DNA of 64,000 bases from NCBI RefSeq assembly GCF_009914755.1, contig NC_060931.1; one strand, given 5' to 3'. The notes beneath the pieces are model-generated. The model was not told the DNA's origin, made no database searches, and saw only the letters and a list, made by a program, of their open reading frames with translations. Each line of letters begins with the position of its first letter. Position 1 is the stretch's first letter. This DNA is from the human T2T-CHM13v2.0 reference genome, Homo sapiens. This document shows, piece after piece, positions 46,630-61,830 of this stretch. Position numbers and translations under genes: made by a program.

Positions 46630-48185
46630 TAAAGGAAAACGAAGAAAATATGATGACATCAGTAATCTTTAAAATGTCACAGAGCAGGTGAAATAAAAAT
46701 TGAATAGGCATGTTTTCGTGTGATAAGATTCAAGTCACCAAAAACCCTTGGTCCATTCAGAAAAGGATTATCAGGTATAAAGTTTTAACTTAGTTTTGTG
46801 TTTTGGAAAGCAAATAGAAATTTTTACTTTGTCCATAGTCCCATGATTATTTTACTTAAGGATTACATAATGGTTCAATATAAACTTTTCTGTGGATAGT
46901 TAAGATCCCCCAAGAGAGGAAAGAAAACTCCCCTGTTGCTTAGGGAGAAAATGAAGAGAGGTTGGTGGGAGTTAGAATCCTTGGTGCCTTAATATTTAGT
47001 TATGTGAATGTTGTAGCAGTATTGTTTGTCTATAGGCTACTAATTTCATTCATCACTAGTTGCTAAGATTGAGAAATCAGTTAGCCAATCATTACTTTTC
47101 AGTTTTTTGTTACATAACATTGGGATAGAAACAACTGTTTCTGAAGATTTCATATCCTTAAGGACATGTTTGCTTATCCATGGTGTGTGAAAATGCCTGC
47201 AATGATTTTTGTGTTTTTGTCATTTTTTCCTTTTCCAGGCATCCTTGTTCATCTAGCAATATCTGAACTGCAGTGCATTTGCCTTCCACTCACAGAATTC
47301 GTGCTGATTATATGTAGTTCTGACCCTTAGGTCTCTTTCCGTGTTAGCTCCTGCCTTGCTTTGGCTTTGTAATAGCAGTATCAAGCTGTGCCCGGCATGC
47401 TTGAGCATTGACACAGGTGTCAGATTTAATGTTGAATCACTTTCAGGCTCCAGGTTCATTGTACTTTCAAGCAATAGAGGCTGCATGTCTTCAGCACCAT
47501 AACAAAGAGATACTCTTTCATAGTTTCGTACTATAAAATTAAGTCCTAAGTCTCTCAATATTGATTATGGCCCTTCAGTAGGTAGAGAATCTGCAGGACA
47601 TGCTTTAGAACCCCCATGAAGGGGGACAGTTAATTGTCTTTCCTTGAGTTTTCAGTCAATTCATGACACTGTGCAAATAGGAGAAATAATTATAGTTTTG
47701 CCAAGTGGCAGAATATGTTTGATTTAATCTTTTATGACTTATAACTGTACTTAGTTGTGAAGAGTCCATTAATGTTAATTTTGTTATGCCATGCATTTGA
47801 GAGTTATGCATAGATTTCCTTGTATTTTCTCCATATTCTATGTAAAATAGCTGTAACTGGGAACAATCATTTTTTCCTTATTTTTGAAGCCAAAACAAAA
47901 TATTTCAAAGTAAATAATTTCAGCTGTGTGAGCTGCAAGTAGGCCAAAGAAAACAAGACAGTTTGTTCTTAAAGTTAAACTAATGGGGAAAAAAAACAGG
48001 ACAGGGAGGTATCTCAAGTTCATTTGAGCCATTTTTAAAATTTTGGTAGCTGGTTTCTGTTTTTCTTCTTTTTAAAATAGTAACAACTTAGGATTTTGTG
48101 TGCCACCAGCTTCCATTCCATTTCATAAAAGCTTAATCTAGCAAGAATTGGTGAGCCCTAGTAGAAGTTAGAAAGAAATGTTGAA

Positions 48186-48187
48186 GT

Positions 48188-48219
<32 letters not shown>
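48186..48219. repeat. (GT)n microsatellite
   Basis: Read directly. Confidence 0.9.
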
Positions 48220-48262
48220 TGGCATCAGAATCACCTTGGACACTTTTTAAAACAATGCCCTT

Positions 48263-48606
<344 letters not shown>

Positions 48607-49459
48607 TTAAAGAACAGAAAATAGAAAACATTCCTGACATTGAGAATTACTGGTCCATAGTATTAATATTTTGTTTTAAAATTTGTGAACATATTTAACT
48701 TTTAAAATGTTTTATATCCAACAGTCTGTTTGGGGGGAAGAAATCCTCTGGTAACAGTTCACATGTATACTCACGATATTTGTCAGTGAGACATGTAGAT
48801 CTCATTGTAGGAAATCATTCCACTCATTGAGAAGGGGCTTACTGTTCTTCATTTTCTATAGTAACTTGTTTTTGTTCTGTTTATATGTTTTACAGACATT
48901 TAATGTTATTAAATGACTTTCTCATTTAAGTCTCAAAACACAAAAAGTGTTTTTTAGATTTTTTTTTTCACAGTTGTTATGATCATCATCATTGTGCCTG
49001 TTGTCAGGACATTGACAGCTGACTATCAACTATATAACAAAAAAATGTTATTGGCTTCCTCCAGTCTTCAGAACATGGGTTCTGAATTGGTGATGAACTT
49101 ACAATAAATCTTATAAAAAATGATATTTTTTTCTAGAAAAGCCATGAGAAAAGGATGCCTAATCAATTATACCACTTTCAGAGAAGACTTCTATAATAGA
49201 GAAGGAATGAGAATAAGTTTTCAGCTACAATAACACATTTTATATTCATTACACTTCTGCGGAGTTTCCAGAGTGCTGGTGTCATTCATTTAACAGTTGT
49301 GTATCGATTCCCCATAATAGGTCAGGCATTCTAGGCAGAGGAGCTGTATCAGCAAACCCAACAAGATCCCTGCCCAGGAGGTACTTACATTTTAGTGGAG
49401 AAAGACAATAAACATTAAAGAAGCAAATTATATAGTACATTAGAATTGAATAAGTACTG

Positions 49460-49789
<330 letters not shown>

Positions 49790-50352
49790 TTAATATATTT
49801 TAAAGATAGAACCAACAGAATTTTATGATAGATTAGATCTAGTGTTTGAAAGAAACGACTCAAAGGTTTTGGCCTGAAAAACTGGAAGGATGGAGTTACT
49901 ATCAACTGAAGTGAGAAAGTTCTGTGGGGAACTGGTTTGTGGGGACTCCTGACTGGCATTCAGGAGTTTAAATTTGGAAATGTTCAGTTTGAGATATCTA
50001 TGAGACAGCCAACTTAAGATGTTGAGGTGACTGTTGGATATTTGAATCCAGAGTTTGGGAAAGAGGTCTGTAATATCCCTTGGTATGTGTTAAAATCCTT
50101 AGGCCAGTACATACAGTTCACTTATTTAATCAGATTGTTAAGATAATAGTTTTCTCCTTATCCTATATGTAGAGCCAATACAATTTATTTTTCACCTTAG
50201 GAGTTAGAAAAGAGGAACAAATTCAACCCCAAATAAGTAGGAAATAAGAAATTCATGAAATAGGAAACAAACAATGGAGAAATTTTAAAAGTGAAAAGTT
50301 GGCCTTTTGAAAAGGTAAATAAATTGATAAACCCCAAGCAAGACTTACCAAG

Positions 50353-50719
50353 TGTATTAGCCTGTTCTCACACTGTTGTAAAGAACTACCTGAGACTGGG
50401 TAATTTATGAAGAAAAGAGATTTAATTGACTCACAGGCCCACAGGCTTAACAGGAAGCATGACTGGGAGTCCTCAGTAAACTTACAGTCATGGCAGAAGG
50501 TGAAGGGCAAGCAAGCACCTTTTTCACATGATGGCAGGAGAGAGAGTGACAATGAGGGGGGAAATGCCACACATGTTTAAACCATCAGATCTCATGAGAA
50601 CTCACTATCACAAGAACAGCAAGGGGGAAATTGGCCCCTGTGATCCAATGGTCCCCCACCAAACCCCTCCCCCAATTCAACATGAGATTTGGGCAAGGAT
50701 GCAAATCCAAACTATATCA
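50353..50719 (-). mobile_element. MSTA/THE1-type MaLR solo LTR
   Basis: tgtattag...actatatca; perfect 5-bp TSD ccaag at 50348 and 50720. Confidence 0.9.
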
Positions 50720-51124
50720 CCAAGAAAAAAAGTGAAAACATAAATTATCCACATCACAAATGAAAAGAGGGCATCAGTTTAGACCCTACATATATTAAAA
50801 GTAAAGTGGGTATGGAAAACTTCATTGACAAGCCGCAACTTGATGAAATTGACAAATACTTTAAAAGACACAGTTTACCAAAACTGACACAAGAAGAAAT
50901 AGAAAATCTTAAGGAACTCCATATCTACTACAGAGATTGAATTTGTAATAAAAAATTTTCTAACAAAAAAAACTCTAGGCCCATAATAGCAGTAAATTTT
51001 ATCAACCATTCAAAGAAGGAAGAAAAAAATACAATTTTACATAGACTCTCAGAAATTAGAGGAAGGCAATACTTCTTAAATCCTTTTATAAGCCAGGTTA
51101 ACTTTGATATAAAATCCCAACAGA

Positions 51125-51425
51125 AGCTGGGCGTGGTGGCTCACGCTTGTAATCACAGCATTTTGGGAGGCTGAGGGGTGGATCGCCTGAGCCCATGAGT
51201 TTGAGACCAGCTTGGGCAACATAGCAAAAACCTGTCTCTACAAAAACATGCAAAAAATTAGCTGGGTGGTGCCATGCCTGTAGTCCCAGCTCCTCTGGAG
51301 GCTGAGGTGGGAGGATCACCTGAGTTCAGAGAGGTTGAGGCTGCAGTGAGCTGTGATCATACCACTGCACGCTGAACCTTGGTGACAGAGTGGGATCCTA
51401 TCTCAGAATAAATTAGAATAAAATA
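51125..51425 (+). mobile_element. AluJ
   Basis: TSD ataaaatcccaa[c/g]aga. Confidence 0.88.
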
Positions 51426-52857
51426 AAATCCCAAGAGAGACGTTACAAGCAAAGAAAATCATGGACCAATATTTTTCATGAACATAAATGTAAAATTCTT
51501 AGGAAAATTTTAGTTAATTAGTAATATATTAAAAGGTTAGTGTACTATGACTAAGTGGTGGTTTATTCTAGGAATATATGGCTAGTTTAACATTTGAAAA
51601 AAAATTCAGTGTAATTCACCATGTTAACAGAATGAAGGAGGAAAACCATAGATCATCTTAGTAAGTGAAGAAAAGCATCTAAGAAAATTCAGACTCATTC
51701 ATAATAAAAATTCTTAGCAAACTAGGAATAAAAAGAAACTTCTTGAATCTAAATTCCTAAAGGACACCTGTGAAAAACATACAGCTAGGGCTATTCTTAA
51801 ACATTTAACCCTTTTCCCTAAGATTGTGACAAGGAAATAATGTATATTATTAGCCCCTCTATTCAACATTCTACCAGAATTACACTAGCTAGTGTAATAA
51901 AGAAAAAGCAATAAAAAACATATAGATTGGATAGGAGAAAGTAAATTTGTTTGCATTTGTAGGTAACATGATTATGTACATTCGAAACCCCATGGTGTCT
52001 ACAAAACAATATACTAGGACAAGTGAATTTAGCAAGATTACAAAAATACAAGGTCAATAGAAAAAAAAAGCAATTATTAGCAATTTTTATACTAGCAGTG
52101 AACAATTAGAAAATGAAAAGCATAGTTTATATTAGCATCAGACATATCAAATGGGTAGAATGAGTCTGTTGTAAGAAATTAAAGAAGACCTTGATAAATG
52201 GAGAGATATATTTATGGATTGAAACACTAAAAATTGTTTAAAGCTGCCCATTTTCCCCAAATTGGCCTTTATTTTAATGCAGTGTAAGTTTGGTCTTTGT
52301 TGTTGTTGTCATTGAGGAAATAGACAAACTACTATAAAATTTACATGGAAATGCAAAGGTTTTAGACTAGCCAAAACAATTTTGAAAAAAGAAAAAATTG
52401 GAAGCTTTATGCTATCTGATTTCAGGACTCTGTATAAAGCCACAATAATCAAGACAGTGTGGTACTGGCTTAAGGATAGACAAATGGATCAGTACAACAG
52501 AATAGAGTCCAGAAGTAGACCCATACGTATGTGGTCAGTTGTTTTTTGACCAGGGTACCAAGTCCAACGGGGAAAAGAAAGTTTTTAACAAATGATACTG
52601 AATAACTGGATATCTCAAACCTTTCTCACTGTTTACTGAAACATTAATTTAAGATTGATTACAGGTCTAAATATAAAATCCAAAAGAATAAGGCTTTGGG
52701 AAGAAAACATAGGAGATTATCTTCACAACATTGGGATAGGTAAAGATTTCTTGGACATGAACTAAAGGCAGTAATCATCGAAGAAAAATATGGATAAATT
52801 GGACTTCAAAAAAGTTAAAATTTCTGCTCATTAAAGGACTTTTAAAAACATAGACAT

Positions 52858-53193
<336 letters not shown>

Positions 53194-54218
53194 CTATACA
53201 TTTTTAAATTTTTCTTTTTATCCCCCCTTTTCATAACTCTTGCTTAGATAAATACCTATGGAATATTTGTACAATTTCTGATCTTCAAAGGACCATTAAT
53301 CAGGGCTTACAAATGTTGGTATGATTTAATATCTGAAATGTTAAAGGCTGCAAGCATAGATGTGAAATATATCCTGAGGACTTGGTGATACTAACTGCTC
53401 AAGTCTTGGGAAGTGCCAAGTAACTCCATTGAGGAGTTTGTCTGCTCTAATTCATTCCTTTAACTGGTCTCTTTTCCTGCATTCTCATTCAAGATAAATA
53501 CAAATAGTTCTCCAGATTTTTTATTTTGTGCCTATTTGTTAAATTGCTAATGTTGCAATAGTTTTGTCTTACTCTGTTTCTTCATTGTTCAATTACATTG
53601 TCTGTTTTAAACTAACTTTAACTGACAGCCTGGAAATCTAAGCAACATTTACAACATTATGTCCATTAAAAAAGGTCTTTGGGTTTTAACAATATAATTA
53701 TATATAATTGTGGAATCTCAATCTAAGTTGTAATTTAGGAATGGTCTATACATGCTTTTTTTCTCAGATTTTGATTTACACAGCTGAGACATCAGGTATT
53801 TTACAGTGGCTTACGTTTATTTTTGAGATGAGAATGCATATATGCTAAAAATTCAGTAACGGGACCCAGGGCACCAATCTGTTCATATGTGTTAGATTCA
53901 AATGACAGTTTTCTTTTTTATTTTGTTGTGCTGTTGTTCCTTAATAAGTACATACTTTAATACATTTTTAAAATAAAATAATTCCAGGACATGGCCCAGT
54001 ATTTTAGAAAATGATAATAGCCTAGTAGAAAAGTCATTATATTCTGTAATCTGAATGTGTTCTTCTTGCCACTATTTGGTGAATAGACCTATGTCACACA
54101 TATGCAGAAATACGTAGTTGCTGATAAATGGTCAAAGTTATAGAAGGCTATTTTCCTTCAGTGCACTTAGCCAGCTAATTTGCTGCTTCTTTTTTTTTTT
54201 TTTTTTTTTTTTAAACAG

Positions 54219-54273
54219 TTTCAGCTCCTGGCATCAGCTCTATTCAAATCTGGTTCAGATTTTACAGCTCTGG
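54219..54273 (+). CDS. MKLN1: MKLN1 exon 17: FQLLASALFKSGSDFTAL(G)
   Basis: T23 tract then aaacag|TTT; donor CTGG|gtaagt; 55 nt, phase 0-1. Confidence 0.95.
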
Positions 54274-54849
54274 GTAAGTATTGCAGTATAATTTATCCAG
54301 CTAGATGCCCTAGCATTTGGAAGGTTGGATTTTGGTTTCTTTTACGTGAAACATCAGGTGAGATGTTTCAGTCAAATAGATGAGCAAATGAAGTTTCAAG
54401 GTATCATGCAAAATTTCTAATAACCTGCTACAAGGTTGCTTTGAGGTATCATTTTGCAGTTCAGTTTGCAATGACTATTATACCAATTGCTGTGTTAGTA
54501 TGCAAACAGATAGCAATAGAAACACAGTCAAAATAAATTAATTTGTATAGCACTGCCTTGGAATGCAGGCTGTTTTACTGATACACACTATGAGATAATA
54601 CTTGTTGATTAAATAGTTTTTCCTCTCAGTTCGTTCTTTGTGGAATTGTGTGTCGTCAAGAGAATAGCGATGGGGTAGGCAATGTTTTGGGAGCACAGAA
54701 GATAGATTATCTCTTTCCTGAAAATGGGAGTTTTGTTATCTTAATTGTTCAAGATAACTTCTGGTTGAAACTCAAGTTTTTCTCAAACACTTTAGTCTTA
54801 ATTTAGTAATACTCTCTTTTAGTATTAATGAATTATTAACTAGACTGTA

Positions 54850-55693
<844 letters not shown>

Positions 55694-56779
55694 TCAAGGG
55701 CATTTTCATCAGGATAACTTATGATAGCTTCATTTTTTACCAAGATAATCGTCTTGAAGTATGGAAATTCCCAGCTTTCCTCTGGTCAGTGAATGCATAT
55801 TAATCCCATTGATGCTGGTGCAGTTATTATTTGCCTTAGAGTTGAGCAATAGTATTGAAATTTTCCATTGTATGTAATATAAATACTATTTTTTATGTTT
55901 GGAATAAAATAACACTTTGGGATATCAATTTAGTTTCTTCATTATTTGACCTTTTATCTCTTGAAAGTGAACTGTACCTCAAAGAAAAAAGAGTATATAT
56001 AATTCTGGTGCTTTTCACTGGGATGAAAAAATAGAGGTGTTCTTGAGGTCTTGCCCTTTATCCATAGCGAGTGATTGAGGCTTCTCGACTGATCAAGGCA
56101 ACTCCAGTCCTAAGTTCTAACTCCAGAATATGTAGGATTCCTCAGGACTAGACTGAGCAGACTGCTATAAACGTGACTCCAGAAGGTTCTCCTAAGAATT
56201 TAGATAATGATTTACCACTATTCATACACTCGAGTTGAAGACCTTAGGCTACTAGAAATCCCCAGTCTGTGAGCTGGAGAACCTAGGTGTAAACATTATT
56301 TTGGAAAGTTCATGCCCTTCTGAATTCTAGCATTTGAAACAGATGTACTGATACATGAATTGGGGGTCTGGCATATATTCTGTTTAAATGATTATGTGCC
56401 TTATGTCTGATACCACAGCCCAGGCCCATTATTTTATTTATTAGTGCATAGCACTAAACTATCTCTAACTGACTTATTTTTAGCCTTTAGAACAAGAATT
56501 TCTTGGCAGCAATTTAAATATATCAATTAGGGTGGTGTCAGCAAATATTTTACCTTCAGCTTAACTCCTTTCTTTTGACTCTGACCTATTCACTGCCAAC
56601 TAATATATTTTGTCAGGAATAGTTTGTTTTATTTGGATTCTAAACAAACCTCAGATATACTGAGAACAATACAAACACAAAAAGAGAAAAATACAAGCAG
56701 GGGAAATTCCTGTGGGATGTTGTTTCCTGTCTTGTCTGAGGGGAGGTATTATATAGCCTAGTGATTAGGAGGTTGGAAT

Positions 56780-56990
56780 GTGAGATGGTGGTTGAGAGTC
56801 AGGATCTCTTTTAAAAGTGATCTTGAGCAAGTTATTTAAACTTTCTAATTATCAGTTTCTTTATCTGTAAAATGGAGGTAATGGGAATACTTACCTCAAA
56901 TTGCTGAGAGAATTAAATGAAATAATTCTGCAAGATAGTTATCACAGTAAAGCAGTAAATGCTCCATTCAGGGTACCATTACTATTGACT
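56780..56990 (+). mobile_element. MIR
   Basis: 'tcttgagcaagttatttaa...tcagtttctttatctgtaaaatggag'. Confidence 0.75.
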
Positions 56991-57012
56991 GCCTTAAAAA
57001 TTTAATCTTCTA

Positions 57013-57143
57013 GCCAGGTGCGATAACTCATGCTTGTAATCTCAACACTTTTGGAGGCCGAGGTGAGATGATCATCTTGAGCCCGAGAGTTCAAGATTAA
57101 CCAGAGTAACATAGCAGGATCTTGTCTCTATTTTTTTAAAAAA
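57013..57143 (+). mobile_element. FLAM-like Alu monomer
   Basis: Single left arm. Confidence 0.7.
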
Positions 57144-57777
57144 GTCACCTTTGTAACACTGGTGAATTTGGATAAGGAGCAAATTCAGATTGTATGCTAA
57201 TTTTAATAATGAGAAATTTGATTTAGTATTTATAAACAAGAAGTACTTTTCATAAGGTTTCATGCCTATTTAGAGTTCCTGGTTCTTGTTCTTATTAATT
57301 TTCTGTCAGACTGTTCTATCTTTGTGCCAATTAGAATAGAAATAAAATGGGTTATTTACTGTACCTTTCATTGTATAAATGAATATTTCATTTTCTAAGG
57401 TCTGCAAAAAAAAAAAAAAAAAACCTCAGCCGAACTTTCTGAATGACTTCCTCCAGAAATAATCCAATTTATGTTCATCCCTTAGTGAGAATTAAATAAA
57501 AGTATTAATATTGTATGTAAAATTTTAAAGAATCAGAAAGATGGAAGGTGACATTATCTTAGTTTTGGAAAAATGAGTGATCTCGGAGAAAATCTCCAAG
57601 GATCTTGATTTTAGAGCTTCTGGTGGCTATAGGCACTTTTAAGGTTGAACTCAGTCACTTTGCTAAGTTTAAGAGCTATATCTTATTTCTAGAAAGTATG
57701 AATTGGAGCAATTAAACTTATTTTCAGCAGGGTATGTGACAAGTAGGAAAAATCTGGTCTGTAAAGCATGTTGCCTA

Positions 57778-58009
<232 letters not shown>

Positions 58010-58202
58010 TTTGTCCTTTTTTGGTCCTCACAACTCTTTTTAGAAGTTTACAGTCCAAATATAAAGTTTAGTGTTAGAAATAAGAAGTGTACATTTAATA
58101 ATGTGTATGCTAGGAAAAAAATGAGAATTCATGTTATTTCTCCTTTACCACAAGTAGGAAAATCCAGCTACGTGTAGGATGTTAAGTTAAAAGTATATTC
58201 CT

Positions 58203-58301
58203 AGCCAGGCATGGTGGTGTGAGATGGAAGAATCTCTTGAGCCCAGGAGTTTGAATCCAGCCTGGGCAATGTAGCAAGACTCCATCTCTAAAAACAAAAA
58301 A
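58203..58301 (+). mobile_element. Deleted FLAM-like monomer
   Basis: gccaggcatggtgg...gagcccaggagtttga...ccatctcta. Confidence 0.7.
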
Positions 58302-58374
58302 TTACTCCTAATAGGTCACTTTCTTTTTAGAGCAGTCATTGTCATCAGTCATACTACTAGTGATATGCTGATAG

Positions 58375-58630
58375 CTAATTAATATTTATTGAGCACTTAC
58401 TATGGGGCCAAGTGCTCTTCTAAGCACTTTGCATGTCTTAACGCATGATTATCCCCACAGTAGCCCTATGAAGTAGCTACTGTATGATCCCCTTTTGTAT
58501 ATGAAGAAACTAGGTTACAGAGAGGCTAAACTAACTTGCCCAGGCATAGTGCTAGTGAATGGCAAACCAGGATTAAAACCCTGTCAGTATGGCTTCAGAG
58601 CGCCTTTTCTAAACCACTAAATATGCTACC
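58375..58630 (-). mobile_element. MIR (near full length)
   Basis: 'atttattgagcacttactat...atgaagaaact...acagagaggctaaactaacttgccc'. Confidence 0.8.
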
Positions 58631-58983
58631 TCTCACTGAGCTTTACCAGTTTCCACTGCTCAAATGGTTACTTCCTCTTTCCATTTTACTTTATTTATGA
58701 AAATAAAGTAAGATAAACATAGTGATTAGGAGCATGAGGTTTAGAATCAATATCATCACCTTTTTGTCCTAGCAGTGCCATTTAAGTAGTTGTGGTACTG
58801 TTGATGAGTTTCCTAGATCCCCACCCCTTTTTAATTTATTTTTAGAAAAAAACATTGATTACATATAAAGCTTAGAATTCTCCTTAAACAACTTTCCTCA
58901 ATCTCTGTATTTTACCCTCAAGTATAATCACTTATACGTAATACATCTTTACACACACACAACCATATACACAGACATAGATG

Positions 58984-59545
58984 CAGTTGGTTCTCATTAT
59001 TCAAAGAGTACAGAGTTAGGTTCCTACAAGCCTCTGGTCACAACATTTTATCTACTGATTAATATATAACCACGTATTATGTGTGTTTCTGTTTAAAGAT
59101 TCCTCATTTAATATATATTGTTGATTCACTAACATTAAGTTCATGGTCAACATCACTCTAACTCATACCTGAACCAAGCTTATCTAATGTGCATATTTTT
59201 CCCCATAAGGCCTTTTTGCACTTAGGAATGCCAGACAGCACTTTGGCACTACATTTGGGGGCCATTTTAAACAGTGAAGCCACCAAAAACACAAAAATGT
59301 GGCACCAAACAGATGGTGAAAGGGCTGTTGTGGATAGTAAGAGCTGAAACTAGAAAGCAGCAGAGATCACAGAGTTCAGCTTCAGCTGGGGACGTGTGCA
59401 TATGGTAACTCAAATATTTTGCCACTTTGCACATGTCTGCAATGACCACAGAAATACCACAAGTATTGGTTTGGGGGTTACACATGAATTTTAGCAAACA
59501 GGCAAATTCACAAATATGGAATCTGTAAATGATCAAGATCAACTG
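58984..59545 (-). mobile_element. MER82-like (TcMar-Tigger) element
   Basis: TIRs cagttggttctcattatt...aatgatcaagatcaactg|TA; 'gcaaattcacaaatatggaatc'. Confidence 0.75.
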
Positions 59546-60499
59546 TATATACGCATGCATACACTCATATAAATATATAGGTTTGTATGGGCTGTTTTAA
59601 TTTATTATATAATGTAAAAACATATTCTGCAGCATAGTTTTTTTAAGTTAATGATGTGGCTTGTAGACGTTTTTATGAAGCTACACTAGATCAGTTGTAT
59701 TCTTATGAAGTGATACATAATTATTCATAATAGGGATCTACCATAATTTAACCATTCGTCTAATGATAGTGTAAGTTTCAATTTCCTCATAGGTAAATAG
59801 TAAATAAAAATAAAAGATGTGCCTTTGAGAGTTAAATGAGCTTAGTACATTGCCCTACAACTTAAGCACTTAATGAGTGTGAGTTAATAAAAATTAAAGG
59901 GCTTTGGAGTCAGACAGACATGGGTTCCACATTCCATCTCTTCCCTCCCTAGCTGTGAGACTTCACTGAATTACTGAATCTCTTTCTGTGTAAAAGAGGT
60001 AGATGAAGAACAAAAATAGTAATAACCTTAAGATTATTGAATCTCTCTAAGTCATCTCATCTGAAACTGGAGATTATAATACTTCATTGTTTGTGTGACA
60101 ATGAAATGTAATCATACCTAAAGTACCTACCACACAGGAACTCAGTGTTTTTTCCTTCTTAGATAATTTGATCTCAAGAAAATGGTGTTACTTTATAAAG
60201 AGTAGCATTACAGAATCAATATCTTCTTTTAAAAATATAACACAGCATTGTACTTCTACATACTCAGAACGTAAGAGAAAGAACTAAGCCATTTTAGTAC
60301 AGTGCTTAGACTGTATACTTTCAGTGAGGTATAGTCTACAAACAAAAGCAAAGAAATGTTGAGTTTGGTTGGTAGTGGTACATATATAGCAAATCTAGAA
60401 CTCTTATGTATTTTAAGTTGAGCAAATGAGTACATATGATGTTGCTGGGAGTCAGGGTTTTCTTGGTGGAAGAAAGGAGATATGGAATGGAATAAGAGA

Positions 60500-61830
60500 A
60501 GGAAGAATCCTCTGGGGCTTTAAGAAATTAGAATTAACAATAAAAGCATGAACTATAATAGTGTAAAACAATGTATGCATATGATAGGCATATATGCATA
60601 GGCCTAGAAACAATGACACCCTGGCAATTAGCACAGCTGTTCTTGTTTGGTTTTTAAATAATAGTCACAGCTAAAAGAAAGTAGGACTCCAGAGCTGTGT
60701 AAAGATGAATTTGGATATATACCAGAAAGTAAGGAAGTACCCCAAAATTAATGGGTACATTTCAAAAAGACACAGAAGCCAGCTCAAAAAGGCTCTCACT
60801 GGTCAAATCTAGGACAATATGAGTATCAGAATGAATGATGACAGTAATGAGTATAACATTGAGCAAGAGAAGAATCCCTGAGTACACAGTGATGCGAACA
60901 AATAAGTAAAATGGGAGGAGGGGAAGAAACAGCTCTTCTTTACAATAGAATGTCAACAACTGTAGAAGGAGTCATAGAGTCAGAAAATCACCATCATATA
61001 ACTGATAATTGTTTCAGCAAGAATCATCAATGATTGCTAAATTATTGGATGCAGGGCTGTGGGAGAACAGGATATTTACACAGTCTCAAACTATCTCCCT
61101 ATCAATAGTTTATTAATTACAAAGGTAGAAAAGAACACCTTTACCTTGGAGAAACTTGGCATATACCAACTTAAGTAGATGATCAAAGTTAACATCATCA
61201 GTATTGGGATAAACTGATACCACATGCCTTCTGAGGTGATGCACTGAGGACACACAATATCACTTCTGTAGCATTCTTGCCAAAACTGCATAAACTGAAT
61301 CTGATCATGAAGAAACAATCAGGCAACCCAAATTCAACACATTCCACTCATAAGTGTTCTGTACTCTTCAAAAATATTCATTAAAGTCAAAGAGAGGCTG
61401 AGGAACTATTTCAAACTCAGGAGACTTGGAAACTAAATGCAGTGTGTGATCTTGGATTGGATTTTAGATTAGTAGGAAACATGACTGTAAAAAAGTGACT
61501 GAAAAATAACTGGTATTATTGGGACATCAATGTTAAATTTCATGAATTTAATATATATTGGTTATGTAAGTTAATGTTCTTGTTCTGAGCTGAAATTAGT
61601 TTGAGCCTATAGGGGGCAAAGCTGTCTAAAACTCCCAAATAGTTCTGCAAAAAGATTTTCAGTGGGGTACACACATGGAGAGAGACAGAGAGAGAGAGAG
61701 AGAGAGAACATATTTGATGAAACATTAATTGATGAGATGAATCTAAGTGAAGGCTATATGGGGTGTTCATTGCACAATTCTTGAAACTTTTCTGTGGGTT
61801 TGAAATTTTTCAAAATAAAAAGTTGAAAAA
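60500..61830 (+). mobile_element. L1MC-type 3' end
   Basis: 'gcattcttgccaaaa...ctgaatctgatcatga', 'aactaaatgcagtgtgtgatcttggattggatt', 'gggtgttcattgcacaattcttg...aataaaaagtt'. Confidence 0.75.

Noticed and set aside
57341-57423. AATAAA followed by an orphan A18 run (processed pseudogene tail?)
   Set aside because: Spacing of ~60 nt is too long, and there is no TSD or recognisable upstream mRNA homology.
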